Of a stretch of DNA of 64,000 nt, positions 46,801-56,307 are shown piece after piece. The DNA is from a virus. The position numbers were made by a program, and so were the translations under genes. The notes below the pieces were generated by a model that was not told the DNA's origin, ran no database searches, and saw nothing but the letters and a program-made list of their open reading frames with translations. Numbering within the stretch: the stretch's first letter is position 1; each line of letters opens with the position of its first letter. Location: the IMG/VR virus record IMGVR_UViG_3300031841_004047. One strand, 5' to 3'.

Positions 46801-48173
46801 ATACAAATATAGAACAAGTTGTTCTAAAAAACATTTTAACTAACGAAAAATATATGCGAAAGGTTTTGCCTTTCGTTAAACCAGATTACTTTGAGGGCAT
46901 TTATCGAACATTATTTACACAAGCTGGAAAATTTGTAGGAAAATATAATAAGCTTCCAACCGCGGAAGCCTTTAAGATTGACATTGATGAAGCCGATGTT
47001 TTCAATGAAGAACAGTATCGCCACGCAGTAGAAATAATTCCAAGTCTATTTGAAAGAGAAGAAGCCGACGATCAATGGTTAAGTGACGTTACCGAGAAGT
47101 GGTGTCAAGATCGTGCTCTTTACAATGCTGTTATGGAGTCAATTAACATCATTGACGGTAAGCATAAGACTCTTACAAAAAATGCTCTACCGGATATCTT
47201 ATCAAAAGCGCTCGGTGTTTCTTTTGATCGTAATATCGGTCATGACTACATCGAAAATTTTGAAGAACGGTGGGACTTCTATCACCGTGATGAAGAAAGA
47301 TTAGAGTTTGATCTTGACTACTTCAACAAGATTACAAAGGGTGGTCTACTAAATAAGACTCTAAACGTATGTCTTGCTGGTACCGGCGTTGGTAAGTCTT
47401 TATTTATGTGTCACTGTGCAGCCTCAAATCTCAATCGAGGTAAGAATGTTTTGTATCTTACGATGGAAATGGCGGAAGAAAGAATCGCTGAACGTATCGA
47501 TGCTAACTTACTTGATATACCCATTAATCAGCTTGAACATCTCAGTAAAGAAATGTTTGCGGAACGAGTTCATGGTCTATCTAAAAAGACAGAGGGTAAG
47601 TTAATCATTAAAGAGTATCCTACTGGCTCGGCTCACACCGGACACTTTCGTGCTTTGTTAAACGAGCTAAAGTTGAAAAGAACTTTTGAACCGGATATTA
47701 TATACATCGACTATCTCAATATTTGCGCATCAAGTAGAATGAAAGGAATGGGAGGTGCGATCAACTCATACAACTACATTAAAGCAATTGCTGAAGAGAT
47801 ACGAGGCCTTGCGGTGGAGTTTGACGTACCGATCGTATCTGCAACACAGACGACTCGTTCTGGTTATACTAACTCGGATATTGGGCTTGAAGATACGTCC
47901 GAGTCTTTTGGATTACCAGCAACCGCGGATCTCATGTTCGCCCTTATCTCGACAGAAGAGCTTGAAAGCATGGGACAACTTGCAGTCAAACAATTGAAGA
48001 ATAGATACAATGATCCAACATATAAGAAAAGATTTGTAATCGGTGTAGATAGGTCAAAGATGAGGCTGTTTGATGCTCATGAAGATCAACAAACACTCAT
48101 AGATGATACGCCAGTGTTTGACAAATCTGATCAGGGTATGGACGTGAAAAAATTTGTAGATTTTAAGCTATGA
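46797..48173 (+). CDS. gp41: Replicative helicase gp41
   Basis: LAGTGVGKSLFMC, TMEMAEERIAERIDANL, IKEYPT, IDYLNIC, SESFGLPATAD. Confidence 0.97.
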   Translation: MNTNIEQVVLKNILTNEKYMRKVLPFVKPDYFEGIYRTLFTQAGKFVGKYNKLPTAEAFKIDIDEADVFNEEQYRHAVEIIPSLFEREEADDQWLSDVTEKWCQDRALYNAVMESINIIDGKHKTLTKNALPDILSKALGVSFDRNIGHDYIENFEERWDFYHRDEERLEFDLDYFNKITKGGLLNKTLNVCLAGTGVGKSLFMCHCAASNLNRGKNVLYLTMEMAEERIAERIDANLLDIPINQLEHLSKEMFAERVHGLSKKTEGKLIIKEYPTGSAHTGHFRALLNELKLKRTFEPDIIYIDYLNICASSRMKGMGGAINSYNYIKAIAEEIRGLAVEFDVPIVSATQTTRSGYTNSDIGLEDTSESFGLPATADLMFALISTEELESMGQLAVKQLKNRYNDPTYKKRFVIGVDRSKMRLFDAHEDQQTLIDDTPVFDKSDQGMDVKKFVDFKL

Positions 48174-48430
48174 AGACATTAGATACACACCAACAGCTCT
48201 TTGTTATAACCGCTGAAGAATGTGGTGAGTTAACACAGGTCTGTTCAAAGATATTAAGAAATGCTGCCGTAGATGATAAATGGAATAAAAAACTTTTAGA
48301 AGAAGTAGGCGATATCTACTGCATGATCGATTTAATTGTACAGCATGGATATTTAAACTGGGAAGATATTACTAAAAGAAGTAATGTAAAGAAACAAAAG
48401 TTGCTAAAGTGGAGCAACCTTATAACATAG
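48170..48430 (+). CDS. MazG-like pyrophosphohydrolase
   Basis: AEECGEL...LLEEVGDI. Confidence 0.7.
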   Translation: MKTLDTHQQLFVITAEECGELTQVCSKILRNAAVDDKWNKKLLEEVGDIYCMIDLIVQHGYLNWEDITKRSNVKKQKLLKWSNLIT

Positions 48431-48441
48431 AAAGGTTAATT

Positions 48442-48723
48442 ATGGGTAAGACTAAAGGTGGAAAATCTAGTGGAAACGTTTCTCAAGGTATCCACGCAAA
48501 CACTTCTACTAATACTAAAAGACTTATGAAGAAAGGATATAAGTCTTCAATTATGAGAGTATTAAATCAACAGAAAGCACTGTCGCAGGGTAAAGATATA
48601 GTACTTACTATTAAAAACCCAAAAACAGATGAAACCAATAAACCCTTTATTAGACAAAGGATCTCCGGCAAGAATTACCTTAATAGTTTAAAGAACGGTT
48701 ACGTAATGAAAGATGCGCAATGA
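48442..48723 (+). CDS. Basic hypothetical protein
   Basis: AAGGT RBS; MGKTKGGKSSG..., NPKTDETNKPFIR. Confidence 0.7.
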   Translation: MGKTKGGKSSGNVSQGIHANTSTNTKRLMKKGYKSSIMRVLNQQKALSQGKDIVLTIKNPKTDETNKPFIRQRISGKNYLNSLKNGYVMKDAQ

Positions 48724-48971
48724 ATTGGGAAGAGTTTGAAGAAGAGTCTTTTAAGTCAGTATACGAGTCATATTTAAGAATAACAATTGGGCTGATTGAA
48801 AGTGATCATGATCCATTAATGTTAGCAGCAGTATTATCGACTATAGGGTTAAGCATATATAGAACTATGCTGAACGAAACAGATTATGACTTAATGATTG
48901 ATGCTATCGGCAGTTTTAAAGATCAAATAAAAACATTTGAAAATTCTAGCCCAAAAGGACATCTGCATTGA
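48720..48971 (+). CDS. Hypothetical protein
   Basis: ATGA-coupled ORF. Confidence 0.65.
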   Translation: MNWEEFEEESFKSVYESYLRITIGLIESDHDPLMLAAVLSTIGLSIYRTMLNETDYDLMIDAIGSFKDQIKTFENSSPKGHLH

Positions 48972-49849
48972 AAGTAAGACTAGTAGGTTATACTCAACCA
49001 TCAGAGGAGTTTATGAATGACTTCGATACCCCCAAAGATCTCATCGCCTTCTGTGCGCGTGTATCCAACCCATCAAACCAAAACAACAAAGAGACGTCAG
49101 AAAAACTCATCCGGTATCTTATTAGGCATAAGCACTGGAGCCCGCTCGAAATGGCGTCAGCAACACTCGAAGTCACAACCACGAGAGACATCGCGAGACA
49201 ATTCCTTAGACACAGGTCATTCTCTTTTCAAGAGTTTAGTCAGCGTTATGCTGATCCTAATGATCTTGATGATACTTTTGTTATGAGAGAAGCTAGACTT
49301 CAAGACACTAAGAATCGACAAAACAGTATAGAAGTCGAAGACATAGCGCTTGATATGAAATGGAAAAGCATGCAGAATCAAGTGATACGTCAAGCAAAAG
49401 AAGCTTATAAGTGGGCTATTGAAAATGGAATAGCAAAAGAACAAGCTCGAGCTGTATTACCGGAAGGTAATACCGTTTCGAAACTATATGCGAATGGTAC
49501 AATTAGATCATGGGTTCACTATATCGAACTAAGATCTGCAAATGGTACACAAAAAGAACATATGGAACTAGCCAAGGAAATTGGCAAAGTTATAAGTAAA
49601 ATTTTTACACTGGAAAAGGAGGAAAGAATGGGACGTAAGATTTCAACCTATTACTCGGATCACGGTCAAGGACATGCTGAAGTTCACTTTGATTTTAAAG
49701 AAGAGCAAGCTTATATTAAGTACTTTGATAATAATGAAAAGATGTTCTTTACTGAAGACTTTCCAGGTAAATCACTTCGTTATGTTGAGGATGCAGCAGA
49801 AAACTGGGCACTCGGTATAAAGAAGCTAGAAGATGTTCAAAGCGCATAG
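48968..49849 (+). CDS. thyX: Flavin-dependent thymidylate synthase ThyX with in-frame C-terminal extension
   Basis: HKHWSPLEM, IARQFLRHRSFSFQEFSQRYA, AKEQARAVLP; internal AAGGAGG+ATG at 49628. Confidence 0.93.
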   Translation: MKVRLVGYTQPSEEFMNDFDTPKDLIAFCARVSNPSNQNNKETSEKLIRYLIRHKHWSPLEMASATLEVTTTRDIARQFLRHRSFSFQEFSQRYADPNDLDDTFVMREARLQDTKNRQNSIEVEDIALDMKWKSMQNQVIRQAKEAYKWAIENGIAKEQARAVLPEGNTVSKLYANGTIRSWVHYIELRSANGTQKEHMELAKEIGKVISKIFTLEKEERMGRKISTYYSDHGQGHAEVHFDFKEEQAYIKYFDNNEKMFFTEDFPGKSLRYVEDAAENWALGIKKLEDVQSA

Positions 49850-50021
49850 GGAAATTATTTGGCATCTAACATGTAACTGTTGCAAATATTATTTTACTCT
49901 TGCCACGATGGAAGATAAGTGGACACCAAAGGGTTTTATTCACTGTCCCGGCTGTGGCAAGAAACAAACCGTTGAAGAAAATGTAACATATTTATCACAG
50001 GTTGAAAAAAAGAAAAAATAA
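49833..50021 (+). CDS. Small zinc-ribbon protein
   Basis: CNCC...HCPGCG. Confidence 0.65.
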   Translation: MFKAHREIIWHLTCNCCKYYFTLATMEDKWTPKGFIHCPGCGKKQTVEENVTYLSQVEKKKK

Positions 50022-50024
50022 CCA

Positions 50025-50052
50025 TTTACTTTCCTGAATTATAGTATATATT
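50025..50052 (+). promoter_or_regulatory. Putative early promoter
   Basis: TTTACT-N16-TATATT(AGTA). Confidence 0.5.
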
Positions 50053-50078
50053 AGTACTATAAAAAATGAGGCAGTAAA

Positions 50079-50615
50079 ATGAAACGTATCGCTAAAACAC
50101 TTAACATGTCGTTCGTGTTAATTCTAAATATGTCAATCGTAGTATCCTGCGTAACAATCTTTTCATTCGCTATGGCGGATGAAAGATCTAAGTATGATGG
50201 AGAACAGATAAATTGTTTAGCTCTCAACATATATTTCGAAACTCATGCTTCGTCTCTAGCAGACGCTATGGCTGTAGCAGACGTAGTAATGAATAGAGTT
50301 AATCACATATCATACCCAAATACAATTTGTGAAGTAGTTCATCAATCAATAAACAATGAAGATGGATCACCAAAACGAAACCAGTGTCAATTCAGCTGGT
50401 GGTGTGACGGAAAAACAGACACTCCAAAAAATTTAGATGCATGGGAAAAATCACGTAAATACGCAAGAGACGTGTATGTGCACGGCGCTTATATCGGATT
50501 AACTGAGGGTGCTACACACTATCACGCTAACTATGTGAAACCTTATTGGGCACCTGAGATGGATCGCGTAACAAAGATTGGATCTCATATCTTTTATCGT
50601 ATGAAAGGAAAGTAG
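50079..50615 (+). CDS. Cell-wall hydrolase (SleB/CwlJ, Hydrolase_2)
   Basis: CLALNIYFE, AVADVVMNRV, YPNTICEVVHQ, CQFSWWCDG, GATHYHA; N-terminal hydrophobic segment. Confidence 0.9.
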   Translation: MKRIAKTLNMSFVLILNMSIVVSCVTIFSFAMADERSKYDGEQINCLALNIYFETHASSLADAMAVADVVMNRVNHISYPNTICEVVHQSINNEDGSPKRNQCQFSWWCDGKTDTPKNLDAWEKSRKYARDVYVHGAYIGLTEGATHYHANYVKPYWAPEMDRVTKIGSHIFYRMKGK

Positions 50616-50631
50616 TTTAAAGATCTTTCCA

Positions 50632-50639
50632 TATAAATA
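50632..50639 (+). promoter_or_regulatory. T4-type late promoter for the structural island
   Basis: TATAAATA. Confidence 0.8.
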
Positions 50640-50671
50640 AAGAAAACAGAACTTTTCTACAAGGATTTAGA

Positions 50672-51226
50672 ATGGTAAACTACTCATCAATAAGATCTTC
50701 ACTTGATCTTTCTGCGATTGATCAGCATATCCTTCCAAGTGCAGATAGCTCCTATAACCTAGGAAGCCCTGCACTTAGATGGAAAGATATGTATCTTTCT
50801 GGTGGGACCTTGCACGTCGGAGGAGTTGTTATTAAAGAAGATCCAGTAAACCCTGGTTCTATAAAGTTTGAGGATTCTGCCGGAAACTCTGCTTTTGCAG
50901 CTGGTGGTGGGATTGAAAAAGATTACAAATATACTGGAATTCTTTATCCTCAGAACGGTTCTTCAAGATTGTTTATGAGTTCAGCAGTAACATTAAATGA
51001 GGTTGTTGCTAATATTGAAGTCGGTCCAGTTGGAAATGACATAGGTTTGAGGATAAATAAAAACGGTACATCTGCTACTACTGTTACGATTACTGATGGT
51101 ACCACCAGCGCAACTACTACACCAAACGTCTCTTTTGTTTCTGGAGACTATATCACAGTGGATATTACGTCGGTTGGTTCAACAACGGCCGGATCTAATC
51201 TCTACATGGTATTAAAATTTAGTTAG
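50672..51226 (+). CDS. Virion fibre-associated protein
   Basis: HILPSADSSYNLGS..LRWKDMYLS motif shared with ORF 4184; beta-rich C-terminus GDYITVDITSVGSTTAGSNL. Confidence 0.55.
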   Translation: MVNYSSIRSSLDLSAIDQHILPSADSSYNLGSPALRWKDMYLSGGTLHVGGVVIKEDPVNPGSIKFEDSAGNSAFAAGGGIEKDYKYTGILYPQNGSSRLFMSSAVTLNEVVANIEVGPVGNDIGLRINKNGTSATTVTITDGTTSATTTPNVSFVSGDYITVDITSVGSTTAGSNLYMVLKFS

Positions 51227-51236
51227 GAAAAGATAA

Positions 51237-52451
51237 ATGTATTTAAAATATACCCCAGGATCAAGCGTTCGTTCAAATGCAGTGGTAAGAGATGTTGCTC
51301 GAGCCGTCACAACAAGCAGCGTAGGCTCTAATGAATTTGACAGTGGAGTAGCTAGTGAAAATGTTATCGAAGGAAATACTTCTCACGGTTGGACTCTAGA
51401 TTCCAGAGATACTTTTTCTGCAGATGCTACACCCGGTGTTAATGACCAAAAATATAGGATCTATAATACCACAGCTGCGTCTGGAATTAAAAAAGCATTT
51501 TCATTGAAACAAAACGGAAACCACACTAGCTCAACCATTTACAATTCAAATTACGGTTCCGGGGGAGGAATTGGGTTATTCCCATTAATGGCGTATGAAG
51601 CGGCAGAAGAGTTGGAGTGTTGGGGTCATGCCTCAACCAACAACTCTTATTACTATCATAATACAATGAACAAGGCCACATCAGGATTTAACACTATTCA
51701 TATCTTTGCCGGTCCAAAATATTTTATAATGGCTAGTTGGGATTATATGACAGATGTCATTGTACAGGGATATGTGGAAGTTGATAAGACTAGTATGCAT
51801 GATAGATGGGAGTCGATTACTGGAAGAACTTCTCCTTCTGCAGTGTTTTTTACGCTTTCTGGTTCGGCAGACGACGGAATCGGACATTGTTATTATGGAC
51901 AGGGAAACGGTTCAAACGGCCACTCCGCAAATTGGGTTAATCTGCCAGAAATGACAGTCATGGGAGCTGTTAACAAAGCTTATAAGAATGTATATTTTGG
52001 AGGAGGAAACTGGGACGTTAGTAATCCAAATCATACTTATAACTCTTACGCCGTCATCGATGACGGTACCAGCACAGGAACTACAAGTGGAGTTTCAAAC
52101 CTTTATGATTACGCTGGTGGTAAAAGTCTAGTTGATAATACTGGTATGTGGAATTGGTTAGACGTTTCAAGAGCAAATTATTTACAAAATTATCCAAACA
52201 GCCTTGGTAAAAACAACTACTATCAAGATGCATCTGGAACAAAGCATGTACCCTTATGGCCTATGGTTGTAGACGCTTCTTTTTACATGTCTGGTGTTAC
52301 CATGAATATTTCTAAGTATTGTCCTATATACTATACTTTACCTAGTCAAGGATCGATGGGAGACACTATGACGGTTGGTTCAGATAAGTATGTATATCTT
52401 GGTGATAACACGACTGGAAGACAGTTTGGATTTTTTATAAAGGTTGAGTAG
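51237..52451 (+). CDS. Putative virion/receptor-binding protein
   Basis: G/S/N/T/Y-rich 404 aa in a late operon. Confidence 0.45.
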   Translation: MYLKYTPGSSVRSNAVVRDVARAVTTSSVGSNEFDSGVASENVIEGNTSHGWTLDSRDTFSADATPGVNDQKYRIYNTTAASGIKKAFSLKQNGNHTSSTIYNSNYGSGGGIGLFPLMAYEAAEELECWGHASTNNSYYYHNTMNKATSGFNTIHIFAGPKYFIMASWDYMTDVIVQGYVEVDKTSMHDRWESITGRTSPSAVFFTLSGSADDGIGHCYYGQGNGSNGHSANWVNLPEMTVMGAVNKAYKNVYFGGGNWDVSNPNHTYNSYAVIDDGTSTGTTSGVSNLYDYAGGKSLVDNTGMWNWLDVSRANYLQNYPNSLGKNNYYQDASGTKHVPLWPMVVDASFYMSGVTMNISKYCPIYYTLPSQGSMGDTMTVGSDKYVYLGDNTTGRQFGFFIKVE

Positions 52452-52660
52452 TGGCGGAGTTAAATGACAGCGCTGGATCACCGTTCGCGAACATATATTT
52501 TTCTACGATAGATTCAGATCAACATAACATTATAGAAGCTCCAACTACTCCTCAAGTAGTATATCAAAGTTCTTTTGTTGAACCACTAATTAATAATCCT
52601 AAGGGCGGTTTAGGTGAATATAACATAAAAGATGCATGGGGTGGAAGATGGCGGAGTTAA
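52451..52660 (+). CDS. Small protein, paralogue A
   Basis: GTG start; AELNDSAGSPFANIYF. Confidence 0.65.
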   Translation: MAELNDSAGSPFANIYFSTIDSDQHNIIEAPTTPQVVYQSSFVEPLINNPKGGLGEYNIKDAWGGRWRS

Positions 52661-52842
52661 ATGACAGCGCTGGATCACCCTTCGCAAATATATATTTCGT
52701 TAATGTTGATTCGGATCAGCATGATATTTTAGAAGCAAACGTTGTTCCTCAGGTGATTAATATTGCAACTCATTATGATCCGATAACAAATGCTTGGGTC
52801 GGTGAATATATTGGCGGACCCAAAAAAGGAGAAAGTTGGTAG
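52648..52842 (+). CDS. Small protein, paralogue B
   Basis: ATG 52648; AELNDSAGSPFANIYF; shares a 29-bp identical block with paralogue A. Confidence 0.65.
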   Translation: MAELNDSAGSPFANIYFVNVDSDQHDILEANVVPQVINIATHYDPITNAWVGEYIGGPKKGESW

Positions 52843-52843
52843 T

Positions 52844-53167
52844 ATGAATATTGTAAAAAGTGTTATTAAATATAATAAGTACAATGAGTTTCATACGGGT
52901 CATGAAACTCTACAAAATGCAATAAGTCATGTATGGGTAGGTTTTAGTGTTCAAGATACAAACGATGAAGAAGTAGCAAGTTTCACTAGAGTGTATGCAT
53001 TACAAATAAGAAACACCGGAAGTCATATCCTAGAAGAAAACGTGACAGAAGATGATATACTTGGGTGGCTGAACTGGCAGATAGAACAGAGTAATTATGT
53101 TGATTATGCTAGAGTTCTCATGGACTTACACTATATGGATAGTAGTAGCACATTGGTTAATATGTGA
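52844..53167 (+). CDS. Hypothetical protein
   Basis: Start re-set to ATG 52844 after the previous stop. Confidence 0.6.
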   Translation: MNIVKSVIKYNKYNEFHTGHETLQNAISHVWVGFSVQDTNDEEVASFTRVYALQIRNTGSHILEENVTEDDILGWLNWQIEQSNYVDYARVLMDLHYMDSSSTLVNM

Positions 53168-53174
53168 GGATAAA

Positions 53175-53420
53175 ATGAAAACATTTAAGCAATTAATTAA
53201 AGAAGGTACCTATAAAGTAGACATACAAGGTCTACCTACTGTTTTCATATCTTCTGACAATCCAGCAGAAATAAAAAGAAAGCTTCGTAAAATAGTTAAG
53301 CGAAGTGAAATGATAGATAATGTTGAGAGGGTTCAAAAAAGTGATGTGCGGAAACACTTTCAAATTAAATTAAAAGATCAAGACATAGAAGGTGATGATC
53401 TTGAAGACAATGACAAATAA
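53175..53420 (+). CDS. Small protein with capsid-targeting-like N-terminus
   Basis: GAGGA RBS; MKTFKQLIKE. Confidence 0.6.
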   Translation: MKTFKQLIKEGTYKVDIQGLPTVFISSDNPAEIKRKLRKIVKRSEMIDNVERVQKSDVRKHFQIKLKDQDIEGDDLEDNDK

Positions 53421-53437
53421 AAAGGAATTATTTTAAA

Positions 53438-53674
53438 ATGACTGATCAAAATGAAAAACCAGCTTTGGAAATGCCAGAAATTAATATGCAGGATCTGGTT
53501 GTGATGAGACAAATCATTGACGCTTCAACTCAAGCAGGTGTCTTTAAAGCGGCTGATATGTCTATGGTAGGTAGACTATATGATAAGTTATCTATCGTCG
53601 TAAACACCTTTGTTGAGCAGCAGAAGGCAGCTCAAGAAGAAGAAGAGAATCAACCGACAGAAGAATCTGAATAA
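53438..53674 (+). CDS. Hypothetical protein
   Basis: AAGGA RBS; QDLVVMRQIIDASTQAGVFKA. Confidence 0.75.
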   Translation: MTDQNEKPALEMPEINMQDLVVMRQIIDASTQAGVFKAADMSMVGRLYDKLSIVVNTFVEQQKAAQEEEENQPTEESE

Positions 53675-53698
53675 TAACTCCCAGATGAAATTTCACTA

Positions 53699-53727
53699 TT
53701 TACATATATCTTAAAATAGTGTATAAT
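53699..53727 (+). promoter_or_regulatory. Early/middle promoter heading the glycan island
   Basis: TTTACA-N17-TATAAT. Confidence 0.82.
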
Positions 53728-53748
53728 AATTAAAAAGGGATTTATATC

Positions 53749-54525
53749 ATGAAAAGATTAATATATCAAGTATATGTTGGAAAAAGATCAAAGCTGTATG
53801 ATCACTGTGTAGCATCAGTTGAAGAATACTGTAAAAAACACGGTATAGATCATGAAGTTCAAAGATCTCCAATATTAATGATCAAACCGGACATCTTTCA
53901 GACAAATAGAAGTAAAGAATCCTACGAAAAACATGGAGGATTCTTACCGATATTTGAGAAAGAAAACGCTTTCACATACTTAAAAACCTATGATCAAGTA
54001 GCGATTATAGATGCTGATGTATGGATTCGTCCAGATTCTCCAAACATATTCGATGATCTTGAGCCAGAGTACGATTTTGGTGGAGTGGTTGAAAGATCAG
54101 CACCAATTGAGCCATGGTATAAGCAAAAACTTGTTCAATACTCCAACATGCAGTTTAGAAACATTAAAGTTGATTGGAAGTGGAATAATCTTGGTGCAGA
54201 GTTCATAAACATGGGCATCATGGTCATGAACCAAAAAATTAAAGATTACTTAAGGGGTGAAACACCTACGCAGTTTATTCGTCGACCAGAGTTTAAAGCA
54301 TTCGTTGATGGAATCGGAAACTGGAAGTGGTCCACCGATCAAGTTCTTCTTAATACTTGGATTAAAAATGAGAATATGAAAGTAAAGAACATGGACTGGA
54401 AATGGAACGGTTTGTTTACTGCTAACAGTAGAATAAAAGAGTGTCACTTCGTGCATTTCTTTTTAAAAGATAAACTTCCTAATAGAGGTGAAAACGTGGA
54501 AGAATTGAGAAAGATAGTAGAATGA
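53749..54525 (+). CDS. GT-A glycosyltransferase (GT8-like)
   Basis: IIDADVWI (DxD), INMGIMV, HFVHFFLK. Confidence 0.75.
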   Translation: MKRLIYQVYVGKRSKLYDHCVASVEEYCKKHGIDHEVQRSPILMIKPDIFQTNRSKESYEKHGGFLPIFEKENAFTYLKTYDQVAIIDADVWIRPDSPNIFDDLEPEYDFGGVVERSAPIEPWYKQKLVQYSNMQFRNIKVDWKWNNLGAEFINMGIMVMNQKIKDYLRGETPTQFIRRPEFKAFVDGIGNWKWSTDQVLLNTWIKNENMKVKNMDWKWNGLFTANSRIKECHFVHFFLKDKLPNRGENVEELRKIVE

Positions 54526-54956
54526 TTTTAATATCACATCGTGGAAACATAAACGGTAAGCAACCTTCTTTTGAAAATAGTCCGGAATACATCATGGCTG
54601 CTATTGAAGCTGGTTACGAAGTAGAAATAGATGTATGGTATAAAGATGATTCTTTATGGCTAGGGCATGATGGACCCGAGTATAAGACGGACGTAGACTT
54701 TCTTTTCAAGGGAGACTTCTGGATCCATTGTAAAAACATAGAAGCCTTATGTAAGCTTCAACCCTGGAGACTAAATACCTTCTGGCATGATAATGACGAT
54801 TATACTTTAACTAATAACGGAACAATTTGGGCTTATCCCGGTAAACTAGTCCCTCATGGGTTTGAAACTATAGCTGTTTTACCAGAAATACATGAAGTTG
54901 ATGTGACAAATTTCAACGGAGTTTGTTCAGATTTTATTGAAAGATATAAAGTATGA
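54522..54956 (+). CDS. Glycerophosphodiester phosphodiesterase-like protein
   Basis: ILISHRGN, ENSPEYI, VEIDVW, LGHD, GVCSDF. Confidence 0.75.
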   Translation: MILISHRGNINGKQPSFENSPEYIMAAIEAGYEVEIDVWYKDDSLWLGHDGPEYKTDVDFLFKGDFWIHCKNIEALCKLQPWRLNTFWHDNDDYTLTNNGTIWAYPGKLVPHGFETIAVLPEIHEVDVTNFNGVCSDFIERYKV

Positions 54957-56305
54957 TAAAACTAGTACTCTTTGACTTAGATGGTGTATTGATAGACGCA
55001 AAAAAGATTCACTTTGATGCATTAAATGAAGCACTCGGTGAACAATACGCAATATCCGAAAAAGAACATACAAGTCTGTATGATGGAAGAAAAACTTTTG
55101 AGAAGCTAGACTTACTAACTGAACGTAAAGGTTTACCTTCATCTCTCCATAAAGAGATATACGACAAGAAGCAATCAATCACAATGACAAAAATATCGGA
55201 GTTGAAACCGATAGACGAGATTGTGAAACTCTTTCAAGCTCTAGAGCAACAAAACTATCTTATCGGTGTTTGTTCTAACTCTATTCGTAGAACAGTATTA
55301 ACTTCACTTGCAAAAACTCAACTTATGGAATACTGTTCAGTTATTATATCAAATGAAGATGTGAAGAATTCAAAACCTCACCCAGAGATGTACTGGAAAG
55401 CGATGTCAATGATGACGGTGTTGCCAGAAGAAACATTGATCGTTGAAGATAGTCCTCCTGGTCTTTTAGCTGCGGAGAGATCAAGAGCAAATTATATAAG
55501 AGTAGATAATCCGTATGATGTAACACGAGAAAAGGTATTCTCAAATCTCAAAGGAAGTAAGATGGCGAATATTTGGAAAGATGAAAAGCTAAACGTCTTG
55601 ATACCAATGGCCGGTGCAGGTTCAAGATTTCAAAAAGCGGGATACACGTTTCCTAAACCAATGATACAAGTACATGACAAACCAATGATACAAGTTGTAG
55701 TCGATAACCTAGGATTAGAAGCAAATTATATCTTTGTTGTACAAAAAGACCATAGAGAGAAATATAATCTTGATACGTTTCTTAATTTAATAACACCGGG
55801 CGAGTGTAAAGTTATCGAGGTTGATGGTATTACAGAAGGTGCTGCTTGCACTGCACTACTCGCCAAAGAATTCATTAACAACCAGAACCCGCTGTTCTTT
55901 GCAAACTCCGACCAGTTTGTTGAGTGGAATCCGGTTGAGTTTATGTATAATATGCAAGAAACGAATGCAGATGGTGGTATGGTTACTTTCAAAGCAACAC
56001 ATCCTAAATGGTCTTTCGCAAAAGTTAATGATGATGGATTGGTTACGCAAGTAGCAGAAAAGAATCCAATTAGTGATAATGCAACCGTAGGTTACTACTA
56101 TTGGAAACAGGGGTCAGACTTCGTTAAGTACGCTGAAGATATGATAGAGAAAGATATAAGAGTTAATAATGAGTTCTACGTTTGTCCAGTATATAATCAG
56201 GCCATTGAAGATAATAAACAAATTAGAGTGTATGATGTTAAAGGTATGTGGGGACTTGGTACACCAGAAGATCTGGAATACTACATAAACAATTATAAAG
56301 GCTAG
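54953..56305 (+). CDS. HAD phosphatase fused to sugar-phosphate nucleotidyltransferase
   Basis: FDLDGVLID, KPHPEMY, VEDS; then IPMAGAGSRF..GY.FPKPMI, NSDQ, GLGTPEDL. Confidence 0.88.
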   Translation: MIKLVLFDLDGVLIDAKKIHFDALNEALGEQYAISEKEHTSLYDGRKTFEKLDLLTERKGLPSSLHKEIYDKKQSITMTKISELKPIDEIVKLFQALEQQNYLIGVCSNSIRRTVLTSLAKTQLMEYCSVIISNEDVKNSKPHPEMYWKAMSMMTVLPEETLIVEDSPPGLLAAERSRANYIRVDNPYDVTREKVFSNLKGSKMANIWKDEKLNVLIPMAGAGSRFQKAGYTFPKPMIQVHDKPMIQVVVDNLGLEANYIFVVQKDHREKYNLDTFLNLITPGECKVIEVDGITEGAACTALLAKEFINNQNPLFFANSDQFVEWNPVEFMYNMQETNADGGMVTFKATHPKWSFAKVNDDGLVTQVAEKNPISDNATVGYYYWKQGSDFVKYAEDMIEKDIRVNNEFYVCPVYNQAIEDNKQIRVYDVKGMWGLGTPEDLEYYINNYKG

Positions 56306-56307
56306 TT

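Noticed and set aside
7027-48173. Introns or inteins in gp17, gp43, gp41, uvsX
   Set aside because: The ORFs are continuous and of normal length, with no intein-like C/HN junctions or homing-endonuclease insertions.
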